Shown: positions 1-9,131 of the stretch, in pieces
Layout: each line of letters opens with the position of its first letter
Numbering within the stretch: position 1 is the first letter of the stretch
Origin: Patescibacteria group bacterium
GTDB lineage: Bacteria > Patescibacteriota > Saccharimonadia > UBA4664
Direction of reading: 5' to 3'
Assembly: GCA_028288925.1 (NCBI GenBank)
Contig: JAQGHG010000010.1
Coordinates: 8,057-72,056, forward strand
Length of the DNA: 64,000 nucleotides
The notes under the pieces: model-generated
What the model was told of the DNA's origin: nothing
The model's input: the letters and a program-made list of their open reading frames with translations, nothing else
Databases searched by the model: none
Translations under genes and position numbers: made by a program

Positions 1-1415
1 ATCTGGAGCACTTGGCCGACACCTGCATTGCCGAGGGCCGGCTGAGCTCGCCGTATTATCCCTCGCCATATCCGATTGAGTATTTTTTGTCGCGCTGGTA
101 CCGCGGAGCGTACCGAGGGCAGTTGCAAGAGCGGATAGTGGCACGGCAGAAGACCGGGCGGTGGGGCAATCCGCTCGATACGGCACTGGCAGTGAGCGCC
201 TTGCTAAACATCGGGGCCGAGCCGGCGGCCGTGGCCGGGGCGGTAGATTGGCTGCGGGCTCAGCGCCCAGATGATATAGCGCCGTATGCCTTTTGTCTCG
301 ACCCGGCGATCGAGGGCCGGCCGTACGTTGCGGGTTCGCGGGCACTGACGGCGGCGTTTTGCTTGGAGGCCATAGCGAAATACGACGAGGCGGCGCGGGC
401 GGATAGCGCAAAGACGCCGGCCAAGGCCGCTAAGGCCTCCGGCGCTTTAGACGACCGGATCCACGAGCAGGTAGTCGCCCAAGCGATGGCGCGGTTTGAT
501 CAATCCGAGCGCGCCATACAAAGTGCGGCGCGCCAGATGCACGACCGCCTGCTGGGCGGAACGGCGGCGAGTCAGATTGCCCTCCTTCCCTACCTGTTCC
601 GGCAGGCACTGGGCGAGAACGGCCGGAGCATTAGCGACGAGCGGGTAGTGGCCCTGGGCGTGATCAGCTTCTACGGTTGGTTGGCCTACACGGTATACGA
701 CGATTTTCTGGACGAGGAGGGTGAGCCGCCCCTACTGCCACTGGCCAATATTGCGCTGCGAGAACTGGTACTGGCCCTGCACCGGGAGGCGGCGGACACG
801 CGCGGGTTTGGCGCCGTAGCCTGGCCGGCCCTCGACCGGCAGGAAGCCGCTAACGCCTGGGAGGTGACCCACTGCCGGGTACGCCGCCAGAGCGACCTCG
901 TGCGGGTGCCGCCGCCGGAATATGCCGATCGGCGGGTGCTGGCGGAGCGCTCGATGGGGCACGCGCTGGGGTGTCTGGCCATCACGATGGAATTGGGCCA
1001 CGGAATGGATAGTTTAGAGGTGCGGGCTGTGCAGGCGTTTTTCCATCACTTTCTGATCGCGCGGCAGCTATGCGACGATGCTCAGGATTGGAAAGCCGAC
1101 TTGCAGAAGGGGCAAATTAATGCGGTGGGAGCGTACTTGCTGAGTGGCATGAGCAAGCGAGGACCGTCGGTGCGCCACCTGTATGCACAGCTTGATCAGT
1201 TCTTTTGGGAGCACGCCGTCGGCGAGATAAACGAATGGATTTTTGGCGAGTTGACGCAGGCCCGGGCGGCCCTGAAGGGCGCCGCCTTCATCCAGAAACC
1301 TGAGGTGCTCGAGGCCTTGCTGGCGCCACTCGAGGAAGCCGCACACAAGGCCCAGGCCCAGCAACAACAAATGGTTGAGTTCTTGCGGACGTATCAGCCG
1401 GAGAAGCCGGCCTAA
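1..1415 (+). CDS. 5'-truncated bifunctional terpene cyclase/prenyltransferase-like protein (class II alpha-barrel C-terminal part fused to class I isoprenoid synthase domain)
   Basis: Frame is open from the window edge. N-part has YYPSPYPIEYFLSR, DTALAVSAL, GAVDWL and GSRALTAAFCLEA, resembling prenyltransferase/squalene cyclase repeats. C-part has Asp-rich DDFLD and RQLCDDAQDWKADL motifs. Confidence 0.65.
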   Translation, partial: LEHLADTCIAEGRLSSPYYPSPYPIEYFLSRWYRGAYRGQLQERIVARQKTGRWGNPLDTALAVSALLNIGAEPAAVAGAVDWLRAQRPDDIAPYAFCLDPAIEGRPYVAGSRALTAAFCLEAIAKYDEAARADSAKTPAKAAKASGALDDRIHEQVVAQAMARFDQSERAIQSAARQMHDRLLGGTAASQIALLPYLFRQALGENGRSISDERVVALGVISFYGWLAYTVYDDFLDEEGEPPLLPLANIALRELVLALHREAADTRGFGAVAWPALDRQEAANAWEVTHCRVRRQSDLVRVPPPEYADRRVLAERSMGHALGCLAITMELGHGMDSLEVRAVQAFFHHFLIARQLCDDAQDWKADLQKGQINAVGAYLLSGMSKRGPSVRHLYAQLDQFFWEHAVGEINEWIFGELTQARAALKGAAFIQKPEVLEALLAPLEEAAHKAQAQQQQMVEFLRTYQPEKPA

Positions 1416-1432
1416 TTTCGAGAGTAAAAGAA

Positions 1433-1819
1433 TTACTCTTCTAGCAATTGCTTTATAGGATCAAAATAATAATCCCGCCAACCGTCCGTCATACTTACAA
1501 GTTCATCGTCGCCGACATTTGTTTGTGTGAGATGAACTATGGTCTTATTGTCACCATCTGCCTGAAGTGAAAAAGTAACGTTATGAAGCCGCCTGGGGTA
1601 GTCGTGTTCGTACCAGTTCTGCTCCAAGCGTTCCTCCGCCTCAATTTTCGTGATTGTGCCATGAATATCACCGCCCCAGTAGCTAAACTCGCCACCGATC
1701 GTCGCATCAACTTTGGCCGAGCCCGCGCCCCATTGCTCGGCCGCACCGGCACTCGTCAATGCCTTCCAAACCGCACTTCGTGGACATTTTATAAGGTAGT
1801 CTTGGTGGATTGTATGCAT
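1433..1819 (-). CDS. SRPBCC/AHSA1-like START-fold protein
   Basis: AVWKALT..W, GGEFSYWGG and GWRDYYFDPIK motifs. Start moved to MHTIHQ because the longer ORF overlaps the tRNA; TAAAAT lies 7 nt upstream of the ATG. Confidence 0.85.
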   Translation of the reverse strand: MHTIHQDYLIKCPRSAVWKALTSAGAAEQWGAGSAKVDATIGGEFSYWGGDIHGTITKIEAEERLEQNWYEHDYPRRLHNVTFSLQADGDNKTIVHLTQTNVGDDELVSMTDGWRDYYFDPIKQLLEE

Positions 1820-1855
1820 ATACAACATTTTATCAGACAAGATAAGAATAATTCC

Positions 1856-1941
1856 TGGTGCGCGAGAGAGGAGTCGAACCTCCACGTCCTTGCGGACACT
1901 AGTACCTGAAACTAGCGTGTATACCATTTCACCACTCGCGC
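1856..1941 (-). tRNA. tRNA-Leu(CAG)
   Basis: GCGCGAG acceptor stem, TGGTGAAATGGTA D arm, CTAGT-TTCAGGT-ACTAG anticodon arm, long variable arm GTCCGCAAGGAC, GGTTCGACTCC T loop, encoded CCA end. Confidence 0.97.
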
Positions 1942-1996
1942 GAGTAGCTGACTGTAACTGGCCTAGAATAGCATAATTTCCCGGCGGATGGAAGAT

Positions 1997-3757
1997 CTAG
2001 CGGGCGGGCACGAAGCGTTGGCGGACTGTCCAGTGCTCGACGCCGTAGTAGCGGTCGGACGGAACGACCAGCCGGTGGGCTAGTATGCCGTCGACCGAAT
2101 CGCGCACGCCGTAGACGTAGCCGGACTGATAGAGCACGGCGGCCGGCGCGTCGGTGTTCCAGGTCTTTAGGAAGGCATCGTATTTGGCCTCGCGGATGGC
2201 CGGGTCGCTCTTGATGCGGGCGGTCTCTAGGGCGCGGTCGGTGTCGGCGGAGTTGTAGCCCGAGAGGTTTACGCCGGGGTCCTTGGCCTGGCTGGAATGC
2301 CAGTACGAGTAGACGTCGGGGTCGGAGCCCAGGTTGACGCCATAGAGTAGCATTTGGAAATTGCGCGGACGCATGTAGGTTTGTTGGAGTTCGGTGCTGT
2401 CGGCGGTGACGATGGTGAGCTGGATGCCCAGGCCGGCCCATTGGCGCTTGACCTCGCGGGCGGCTCGTTCTAGCTCGCCGCCTTCCAACGTGACGAGCTT
2501 GAGCTGGAGCTTGGCGCCGTCCTTGGTCCGGACAGCGCCGGCTTTGCCCTGGCTCCATCCGGCGTCCGTAAGCGCCTGGCGGGCCGCGGCGGTATTCAAC
2601 GGGGCCGGCGCGTAGCGGTTGGTATAGCCAATCTGGCCCGGCAGGAGCGGCTGGGACACGTCCGTACCTTGGTCGCCGGCCGCATGCTGCAAGATCTGCT
2701 GGCGGTCGAGCGAGCGCGAGAGAATCTGGCGCAGGGCTTTGTCTTTGAGGAGCGGATCGTTGGTGGCAAAGAACAGCGTTTGCTCTTCGGGCAGGGTCAA
2801 ATGGTGGTCGATGAGCTGCGCTTCGTGGCGCGAAGTTGGGTCGAGCTGCGGTTCGACGCGGCCCGGCGAGGTTACTTGATGTTGGGCGTATGCGACGAGG
2901 GCTTGGGCGGACGTGTCGTAGAATTTAAAGTCGAACTCGTCGAGCTTGGGCTTGCCGAGATGATAACGCGGGTTCGCCGTGAGCTCGATTTCCCGTGCCG
3001 AAGGCGCGAAGGTTTTGATTTGAAACGGTCCGGTGCCGATGGGATGCTGGTTGAACGAGGCCTCGCGCAATTGCGACGGCTCGACGTTTTCGAGCAGATG
3101 CCGGGGCACGATGCCGACGGTAGTGGAGTCGAGGAAGGAGTTTAGCGGCTGGGGCAGCACGAACACAACGGTGGAATCGTCCTTGACCTCAACTTTAACT
3201 CCTTGCCAAGAGGAGGCCAGCGGCGAGCGCGAATCGGGGTTTTGGATAGCGGTGAGGGTGAAGGCGACGTCGGCCGAAGTAAACGGCACGCCGTCATGCC
3301 ACTTGACGCCCTTGCGCAGGTGGAAGGTGTAGCTTTTGCCGTCGGGCGTGATAGCCCAAGACTCGGCCAGGTCGGGGATGAGCTGGCGGCGGGAGTTGTA
3401 GCGGGTAAGGCCGCTAAAGATCAGCCGGTTCACGTCCGAGGCGGCCGTGGATTCGGGCAATACCGGGTTGAGCGTCTGCACGGTACCGACCGCCGCCTCG
3501 GTGTAAATGCCGCCCGGCACCGGCACCGCGATACCGGCCGCGCGCCGCAGGCCGCCAATCCCCTGCCAAAGGCCGATCAAACCGATGGCCATTACCAGCC
3601 ACCACAGGGTCAAGAAGCGGCGCACCAGGTTGATTTGGTGCCACTTGCCCCAGATGTGCCGGTTGACGTAATTCGTAGCCCACTTGCGCAGGATGCGGGT
3701 ATCTCTCCTGATGCGGCGGACCTGCCGCCGATAGCGAAATCTCAGATAGTTGAACAT
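1997..3757 (-). CDS. Peptide/nickel ABC transporter substrate-binding protein (SBP family 5)
   Basis: PDLAESW, YTFHLRKGVKWHDG.PFTSADVAFT and PIGTGPF motifs; N-terminal TM anchor. Confidence 0.92.
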   Translation of the reverse strand: MFNYLRFRYRRQVRRIRRDTRILRKWATNYVNRHIWGKWHQINLVRRFLTLWWLVMAIGLIGLWQGIGGLRRAAGIAVPVPGGIYTEAAVGTVQTLNPVLPESTAASDVNRLIFSGLTRYNSRRQLIPDLAESWAITPDGKSYTFHLRKGVKWHDGVPFTSADVAFTLTAIQNPDSRSPLASSWQGVKVEVKDDSTVVFVLPQPLNSFLDSTTVGIVPRHLLENVEPSQLREASFNQHPIGTGPFQIKTFAPSAREIELTANPRYHLGKPKLDEFDFKFYDTSAQALVAYAQHQVTSPGRVEPQLDPTSRHEAQLIDHHLTLPEEQTLFFATNDPLLKDKALRQILSRSLDRQQILQHAAGDQGTDVSQPLLPGQIGYTNRYAPAPLNTAAARQALTDAGWSQGKAGAVRTKDGAKLQLKLVTLEGGELERAAREVKRQWAGLGIQLTIVTADSTELQQTYMRPRNFQMLLYGVNLGSDPDVYSYWHSSQAKDPGVNLSGYNSADTDRALETARIKSDPAIREAKYDAFLKTWNTDAPAAVLYQSGYVYGVRDSVDGILAHRLVVPSDRYYGVEHWTVRQRFVPAR

Positions 3758-3776
3758 GCCGGCTACGAAATCCTAC

Positions 3777-3998
3777 TTATTTCTTGGAGAGAATACTCAG
3801 GATCACAGAAAGCACAAAGATAACCGCCAGAACAATGGTGGCGTTGAAAATGACGGCCTCGGCGCCGCGCCGTGAGCGATAAAACGACGTGTCGCCACCA
3901 AAGGCCGCCCCTAGGCTCTGGCCGCGGGACTGGATAAGTACGGTCAGGATCATCAGCAAGGCCGAGATCACGGTAATTACATTAAATAGGCTTTTCAC
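3777..3998 (-). CDS. secG: Preprotein translocase subunit SecG
   Basis: Two TM helices around LIQSRGQSLGAAFGG..FYRSRRGAE. Confidence 0.93.
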   Translation of the reverse strand: MKSLFNVITVISALLMILTVLIQSRGQSLGAAFGGDTSFYRSRRGAEAVIFNATIVLAVIFVLSVILSILSKK

Positions 3999-4350
3999 GC
4001 TTGAACTCCAGAATATCGATTAGCAGATAGTTGACGATCCAGATGATGACAGTAGCCACAATGGCTGTCCAGAAGGAACGCAGATGGAAGCTTGGGTAGA
4101 TCTTGGTGACCAAATACAGCATAAAGGCGTTGATCACGAGGGTAAAGAGGCCGAGGGTAAGGACGATGGCCGGTAGCGACAGCAAGATCACCAATGGACG
4201 GATGACAGCGTTGACGATGGAAAAAATAAGAGCTGCGATGACGAGCACCCGCAGCTTATCATTGTAGTTGATACTACCGGTCATTAATTCAGCCGCGGCC
4301 CAAAGGCCGAGGAAGTTAACCAGCCAACGCAGGATAAACTTACGAATCAC
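3982..4350 (-). CDS. Phage holin family 4-TM membrane protein (DUF360/YvlD-like)
   Basis: VNAVIRPLVILLSLP..LTLGLFTLVINAFML signature. Confidence 0.88.
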   Translation of the reverse strand: MIRKFILRWLVNFLGLWAAAELMTGSINYNDKLRVLVIAALIFSIVNAVIRPLVILLSLPAIVLTLGLFTLVINAFMLYLVTKIYPSFHLRSFWTAIVATVIIWIVNYLLIDILEFKREKPI

Positions 4351-4410
4351 CCCCCTATGATAGCATAATCCGTCCCGCTAGGCTAGCTGCGGTGGCGTCG
4401 TAATGAGGCT

Positions 4411-4442
4411 CGTAGGGGCAGAACTTGCGTTCCGCCCCTACG
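4411..4442. repeat. GTAG-type REP-like palindrome
   Basis: CGTAGGGGC-AGAAC-TTGC-GTTCC-GCCCCTACG intergenic hairpin. Confidence 0.5.
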
Positions 4443-4479
4443 CTGGTTGCCTTTTCGTCCCTCGGGTTCGGTAAGCCGC

Positions 4480-4668
4480 CTATTTTATCCCTGCACGGCG
4501 CCCGCTCCAGCCTAGGAGCACTACGCCGACGAAGATGAGAAGTGCACTTACCGCAAAGATGATGTAATCGGTGGCTCCAGGTGGTTGTTCGGTGGACATG
4601 ACTCGCCATGCCCCAAAAATGAACAACGCGATCCCAGAAAATCCGAGGGCCAATCCGAAGCATCCCAT
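4480..4668 (-). CDS. Small 2-TM hypothetical membrane protein
   Basis: GGGAGGG upstream of ATG (MGCFG); two hydrophobic segments. Confidence 0.55.
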   Translation of the reverse strand: MGCFGLALGFSGIALFIFGAWRVMSTEQPPGATDYIIFAVSALLIFVGVVLLGWSGRRAGIK

Positions 4669-4915
4669 GTTCCCTCCCAAACGACCAAAAACGATCGTTT
4701 TCAAGGCATCATCACGAGTGCGATGACGTAGGTTACTTAATCAGTTGCGAATATGATTGTCAATTTTTAGGCGTTGTTTTCGAGTATTTACTTTTTCTTG
4801 CGCAGAAGTTTTTGGATGGCGAAGACGCTGGCGCCGGTTATTTTCATTTTGGGCTGGCGTTTGCGGTCGCGGCTAGTGGCGCGGCGGAGGGCCCGGTCGA
4901 TCTGGTGAGCCCGGC

Positions 4916-7051
4916 TCATGAGGCTGCCTCCGGCGCGATCACGTCCAGATGGCGGCGGAGGAAATCGAGCTGCAGCTTGAGCAGGTTTTCGGCGACTTCC
5001 TCTTGAGGGGTCATATGTGTGACGCCGGAGAGGGGCAAAACCTCGTGCGGCCGGCCGGCCGCGAGCAGGGCGCCCGAGAGCCTCAGGGAGTGCGCCACTA
5101 CTACATTGTCGTCGGCTAGCCCATGAATAATTTGTAGCGGTCGCTCCAGCCGGGCGGCGGCGGTGAGTAATGAGGTTTGGTCGTAGACAGCCGGGTTGGC
5201 CTGGGGATCGCCCAAGTACCGCTCGCTGTAATGGGTGTCATAGAGCCGCCAGTCGCTGACGGGGGCACCGGCTATCGCGGCCGCGAAGATGTCCGGTCGA
5301 AAGATGACTGCGGCGGCGGCCAGGTAGCCTCCAAACGACCAGCCCCGAATGGCGACTTTGCGACTGTCGAGCTGAGGATATTTGGCCAGGACCGTCTGCA
5401 GAGCCTCTACTTGATCCTCGATAGCTGGATTTAGGAGATCGCGATGGATGGCTTTTTCCCAGGCCGGCCCTCGCCCAGGCGCACCGCGGCCGTCCGCCAC
5501 TATCACGGCAAAACCGGCGTTGGCAAACCATTGGGCCGACAGCAAGGCGTGGCTGGCAGCTACAGCATACTGGGCGTGTGGTCCGCCGTAGGGGCTCATG
5601 AGCACCGGCAGCGGAGACGTGCCGTCGTAATGTTCCGGCAGGATTACGGCTGCTTCGAGGTGGCGCTTGGTGCTCGTAAGCCATGCGGGCCGGGGCTGGA
5701 GCGGCGGGACGGCGGCATGCGTAGCGATCTCCCCTATCCGTTTGAGCGCGCCATCCATCCAGAGGTGCACCTGCGGCGCCTCGTAACGGCAGGTGCTCAG
5801 GGTATTCTCATGGATGATCACGGTGGAACCGCCGACGGTGGCGCCGTGAACGCCCTCGCCCCGAGTGAGCTGGGTGGGCTTACCCTCGGGCGCCACCGCC
5901 CAAACCTGCCAAGAGCGAGGGGTCGGGTCCCAGGCCTCGAAGATGAGAGTACCGTCGTCTGTCCGCCCGCTAAACTGGCGCACATTGAGGTGAGGTGGCG
6001 TAACGGCTTTACCGTTTACCGTGAGGTGGCGGACGTCTGTGTCGGCCAGATCCACGATCTGGCCGTCTGGGAATTGGGCCGGCAACCCAGCGTGAATCTC
6101 GATCCAACGGGGATCTTTTTGCTCGGCTTGGAGCTGGGCATCGCCCGAAACAGGGTCTATTAGGTAGTGCTTGATGCGCGTTTGGTCGCGCGACTGAACT
6201 ACTATCAGAGGTGATGCCGAGGCCCATCTGACTGCTACCAGATAGGGATAATCGCGGTGGTCCCAGGTGATCGCGGTCTTATCCCCGCTCGCGGCGTCGA
6301 TGAGGCTCAGCGTGACGCCGGCGTTGGCCGTGCCGGCCGCTGGGTACTTAATGGTGGTGGGAGCCGCCGCCGGGTTGCTGGGATCACTGATAAACCAATC
6401 CGTCACCGGCTGGTTGTCGACCCGGGCGGCGATCAGCCGGGTACTGTCCGGCGACCACCAATAGCCCCGCTGGCGGTCCATCTCTTCGGCCGCTACAAAG
6501 TCCGCCACGCCCCAGGTGACGTGTGGGACGTCGGGTTTGGCTAGCTGTTTAACTTGGGGCTCGGCGGCCGAAACATCCAGACGGCCGAGCGCTCCGCCGG
6601 ATATATATGCTACGTAGTGGCCGTCGGGGCTCAGGCGGGGGTCGTAGGCCGATTCGCCTTTTAAGACGCGGGCCGGTTGCCGGCCGGGTTTTTCCGGCGC
6701 CAGGTACAGGTCGCCATTTAGCGCGAAAACGACCCGCTGCCCATCTTTGGATACGCTGTAGCTAGTGATGCCGGCCGAACGTTCCCGCAGGCGCTCGCGG
6801 CGGCGGCGCTCCTCGGCGGGCAATTCGCCGCTTTCGCCCGCGGCCAATGTGAGCGGATCGGCCACCAGCACCGCTGCGGCCATTTGGTCGTTGGTTATAT
6901 CAATGCGCCAGAGACAATTTACGGTATCTTCGCCGTGCCGTGAGCGCAAAAAGTAAATCCGCCCACCCCCGCCCGTAACGGTGACAGTCCGGGGATGGCC
7001 CAAGGTAAAGTTGCGAGTACGGGCGTTTTGACGGGGGAAAGAATCTGCCAT
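4916..7051 (-). CDS. S9B dipeptidyl-peptidase IV-like serine peptidase
   Basis: Beta-propeller with GVADFVAAEEMDR..YWWSPD; YGGP; nucleophile motif GWSFGG; HGLADDNV Asp; GVTH His. Confidence 0.93.
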   Translation of the reverse strand: MADSFPRQNARTRNFTLGHPRTVTVTGGGGRIYFLRSRHGEDTVNCLWRIDITNDQMAAAVLVADPLTLAAGESGELPAEERRRRERLRERSAGITSYSVSKDGQRVVFALNGDLYLAPEKPGRQPARVLKGESAYDPRLSPDGHYVAYISGGALGRLDVSAAEPQVKQLAKPDVPHVTWGVADFVAAEEMDRQRGYWWSPDSTRLIAARVDNQPVTDWFISDPSNPAAAPTTIKYPAAGTANAGVTLSLIDAASGDKTAITWDHRDYPYLVAVRWASASPLIVVQSRDQTRIKHYLIDPVSGDAQLQAEQKDPRWIEIHAGLPAQFPDGQIVDLADTDVRHLTVNGKAVTPPHLNVRQFSGRTDDGTLIFEAWDPTPRSWQVWAVAPEGKPTQLTRGEGVHGATVGGSTVIIHENTLSTCRYEAPQVHLWMDGALKRIGEIATHAAVPPLQPRPAWLTSTKRHLEAAVILPEHYDGTSPLPVLMSPYGGPHAQYAVAASHALLSAQWFANAGFAVIVADGRGAPGRGPAWEKAIHRDLLNPAIEDQVEALQTVLAKYPQLDSRKVAIRGWSFGGYLAAAAVIFRPDIFAAAIAGAPVSDWRLYDTHYSERYLGDPQANPAVYDQTSLLTAAARLERPLQIIHGLADDNVVVAHSLRLSGALLAAGRPHEVLPLSGVTHMTPQEEVAENLLKLQLDFLRRHLDVIAPEAAS

Positions 7052-7522
7052 TTAGCCCTCCTGAACAGCCCGAAGCCGCATTATGTCTTGGGAGTGGCGG
7101 TTTACGAGCCGGTTTTGGCTTTTCATCTCATGTTTGATCTCGACAAGATCTTTTTTCACCTTGCTCATATCCTGTTTGAGCCCGGCGACGTCTTGCTTGA
7201 GTTCGGAAACATCGTGCTTGAGCCCAATGACATCTTGTTTGAGCCCGGCGACGTCGTGTTTAAGCACGGTGACGTCATGTTTAAGTTCAGCGACGTCTTG
7301 TTTAAGTTCGGCGACGTCTTGTTTAACTGCCCCCAACTCTTTTTCTATGCTATCGAACCGTCCATATACGGCCAGGAAGTCTTGCTGGATAGCCGCCATA
7401 TCGTCTTCGTAACGATTCTCAAACACCCGGAACCGAGTATCGACCGATTGATCGACGATCTGCCGGATGTCGGGAAGGATCGCTATTTTGAGCTCATCGA
7501 GAGTAAAATCTACCGTTGCCAT
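7052..7522 (-). CDS. Heptad-repeat coiled-coil protein (MxTVDFTL family, paralog A)
   Basis: About 9 tandem LKxDVxx heptads; N-terminus MATVDFTLDELK matches 40573..40986. Confidence 0.8.
   Translation of the reverse strand: MATVDFTLDELKIAILPDIRQIVDQSVDTRFRVFENRYEDDMAAIQQDFLAVYGRFDSIEKELGAVKQDVAELKQDVAELKHDVTVLKHDVAGLKQDVIGLKHDVSELKQDVAGLKQDMSKVKKDLVEIKHEMKSQNRLVNRHSQDIMRLRAVQEG
7150..7330 (-). repeat. 21-nt tandem repeat encoding heptads
   Basis: Degenerate units such as tcttgtttaagttcggcgacg, tcttgtttgagcccggcgacg and tcgtgtttaagcacggtgacg; boundaries approximate. Confidence 0.85.
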
Positions 7523-7569
7523 GACTTGGTTCCTGTTCTCATCCGAGTATACCCTTTAATTTTGTATCT

Positions 7570-7597
7570 ATTGTACCGAACAAAAGCCGTATGTAAA
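7570..7597 (-). promoter_or_regulatory. Sigma70-like promoter with LexA-type direct repeat in the spacer
   Basis: TTTACA-16-TACAAT on the minus strand; GAAC-aaaagcc-GTAT at 7578-7592. Confidence 0.55.
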
Positions 7598-7604
7598 GAC
7601 CCTA

Positions 7605-9131
7605 TTAGCGTTCTTCGGTGGACATGTCGTCGGAAGTAGCCTCGAGGGTCGGCGCGGGCGTTTGACCCAGGTGCTCCTTGATGGCTTGAGCCTTGGCCGG
7701 ACCGATGGCGGCTGAGACCTCTTCGAGCGTGGCGAGCTTGACGCCGCGCACCGAGCCGAAGCGCCGGATGAGGAGTTTGCGGGTAGCCGGGCCGACGCCG
7801 GGGATCTCGTCGAGGAGGCTGTGGGTGGCGCGCTTGCCGCGAAGGATGCTCTGGTACGTGATGGCGAAACGGTGGGCTTCGTCGCGCACACGCTGGAGCA
7901 GCTGGAGGACATGGCTGGAGGCCGGCAGCAGGATGCTCTCGAAGTCTGTGTTGGCGGTGACCCAGGCCTCGTTGTCCCAGTGGCCGGCGACCCCCTCTTG
8001 CTTGAGGTGGCGGCGAATAATTTCTTCTTCGCGCTTGGCTAAGCCGATAGCCGGGACGCTCAGGCCTTGGGCATCGAGTACGCTAAGGGCGGCGGCGAGC
8101 TGGCCTTGGCCGCCGTCGATCAGGAGCAGGTCGGGCTTGGGCCATTCGGCGGCGTTTTTGGGGCTGAAGCGCCGGGTGATGACCTCGCGCATATGGCCGT
8201 AGTCGTCGTTGCCGGTGAGGTTCATCTTGAAGCGTTTGTACTCGTCGCGGTTGGGCACACCGTCGTTAAACACCACCATGCTGGCCACATTGTCGACGCC
8301 GCCGAGATGCGAGATGTCGTAGGCTTCGATCCGGCGCGGAATGCTCTTGAGCTCCAGGCGTTCGGCCAGTCCGGTGAGCGCCTGGTCGCGCGTGAGGTCG
8401 AAGGCTTCTTTGTCGCCAAATACCATTTGTTTGCCAAACGAGCGCAGGTCGGTGAGCTGGTCGCGCAGACGGGCGGCGTGCTCGAAGTCTTTCTTTTTGG
8501 CGGCGCGCTGCATTTCGGTTTCGAGCTGGGTCATAAGCTTGGTTTGCTCGCCCTTGAGGTAGAGCTCGAGCTTGCGGATGCCGCGGCGGTAATCGATGGC
8601 GTCGATGGCGCCTTCTTCGGGACCAGGGCACAATCCAAGGTGGTATTGTAGGCAGCCGCGCTTGGGCCAGTTGGCGTGGGTGATGTAAGGGAAGACTTTG
8701 CGCAGCATACGCATGGCCCGGCGCAGCGAGTCGCTGGAGGTGAAGGGACCGTAGTAATGAGCGCGGTCGTCGAGCGGCCGCCGCACATAACTAACGACCG
8801 GGAAGTCGTCGGCCGAGATTTTGACGTACAGGAAGTTTTTGTCGTCCTTGAGATCGATGTTGTACTTGGGCTTGTAGCGTTTGATGAACTCTGACTCCAG
8901 AAATAGCGCCTCGACCTCGCTACCTACGGTGACCCACTCGGTGTCGGCGATATCGGCTACCAGGAGCCTCGTTTTGGGGTCGCGGTGCTTGTTTTGGAAA
9001 TAGCTCATGACGCGGTTTTTGAGCACGGCGGCTTTGCCGATGTAAATAATTTTACCCTTGGCGTCACGGTGGAAATACACCCCGGGCTCGGCCGGGAGGG
9101 TCTTGAGTTTGTCGCGGAGGTGGTCGGTCAT
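7605..9131 (-). CDS. uvrC: Excinuclease ABC subunit C
   Basis: GIY-YIG (PGVY..IIYIGKA), UVR domain, RIEAYDISH, PDLLLIDGG, RDEAHRFAI, HhH. True start MTDHL lies 6 nt after TATAAT. Confidence 0.97.
   Translation of the reverse strand: MTDHLRDKLKTLPAEPGVYFHRDAKGKIIYIGKAAVLKNRVMSYFQNKHRDPKTRLLVADIADTEWVTVGSEVEALFLESEFIKRYKPKYNIDLKDDKNFLYVKISADDFPVVSYVRRPLDDRAHYYGPFTSSDSLRRAMRMLRKVFPYITHANWPKRGCLQYHLGLCPGPEEGAIDAIDYRRGIRKLELYLKGEQTKLMTQLETEMQRAAKKKDFEHAARLRDQLTDLRSFGKQMVFGDKEAFDLTRDQALTGLAERLELKSIPRRIEAYDISHLGGVDNVASMVVFNDGVPNRDEYKRFKMNLTGNDDYGHMREVITRRFSPKNAAEWPKPDLLLIDGGQGQLAAALSVLDAQGLSVPAIGLAKREEEIIRRHLKQEGVAGHWDNEAWVTANTDFESILLPASSHVLQLLQRVRDEAHRFAITYQSILRGKRATHSLLDEIPGVGPATRKLLIRRFGSVRGVKLATLEEVSAAIGPAKAQAIKEHLGQTPAPTLEATSDDMSTEER

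Noticed and set aside
1820-1927. N-terminal extension of the SRPBCC ORF
   Set aside because: It is read-through of the tRNA-Leu gene.
1856-1941. tRNA-Leu as an integration site
   Set aside because: No duplicated tRNA 3' end or integrase seen in this window; it cannot be excluded beyond the left edge.
3982-4350. Holin as evidence of a prophage
   Set aside because: This family is commonly chromosomal; no phage structural genes or integrase nearby.
7150-7330. Regular 21-nt repeats as a possible CRISPR array
   Set aside because: No spacers; in-frame degenerate coding repeats; no cas genes.
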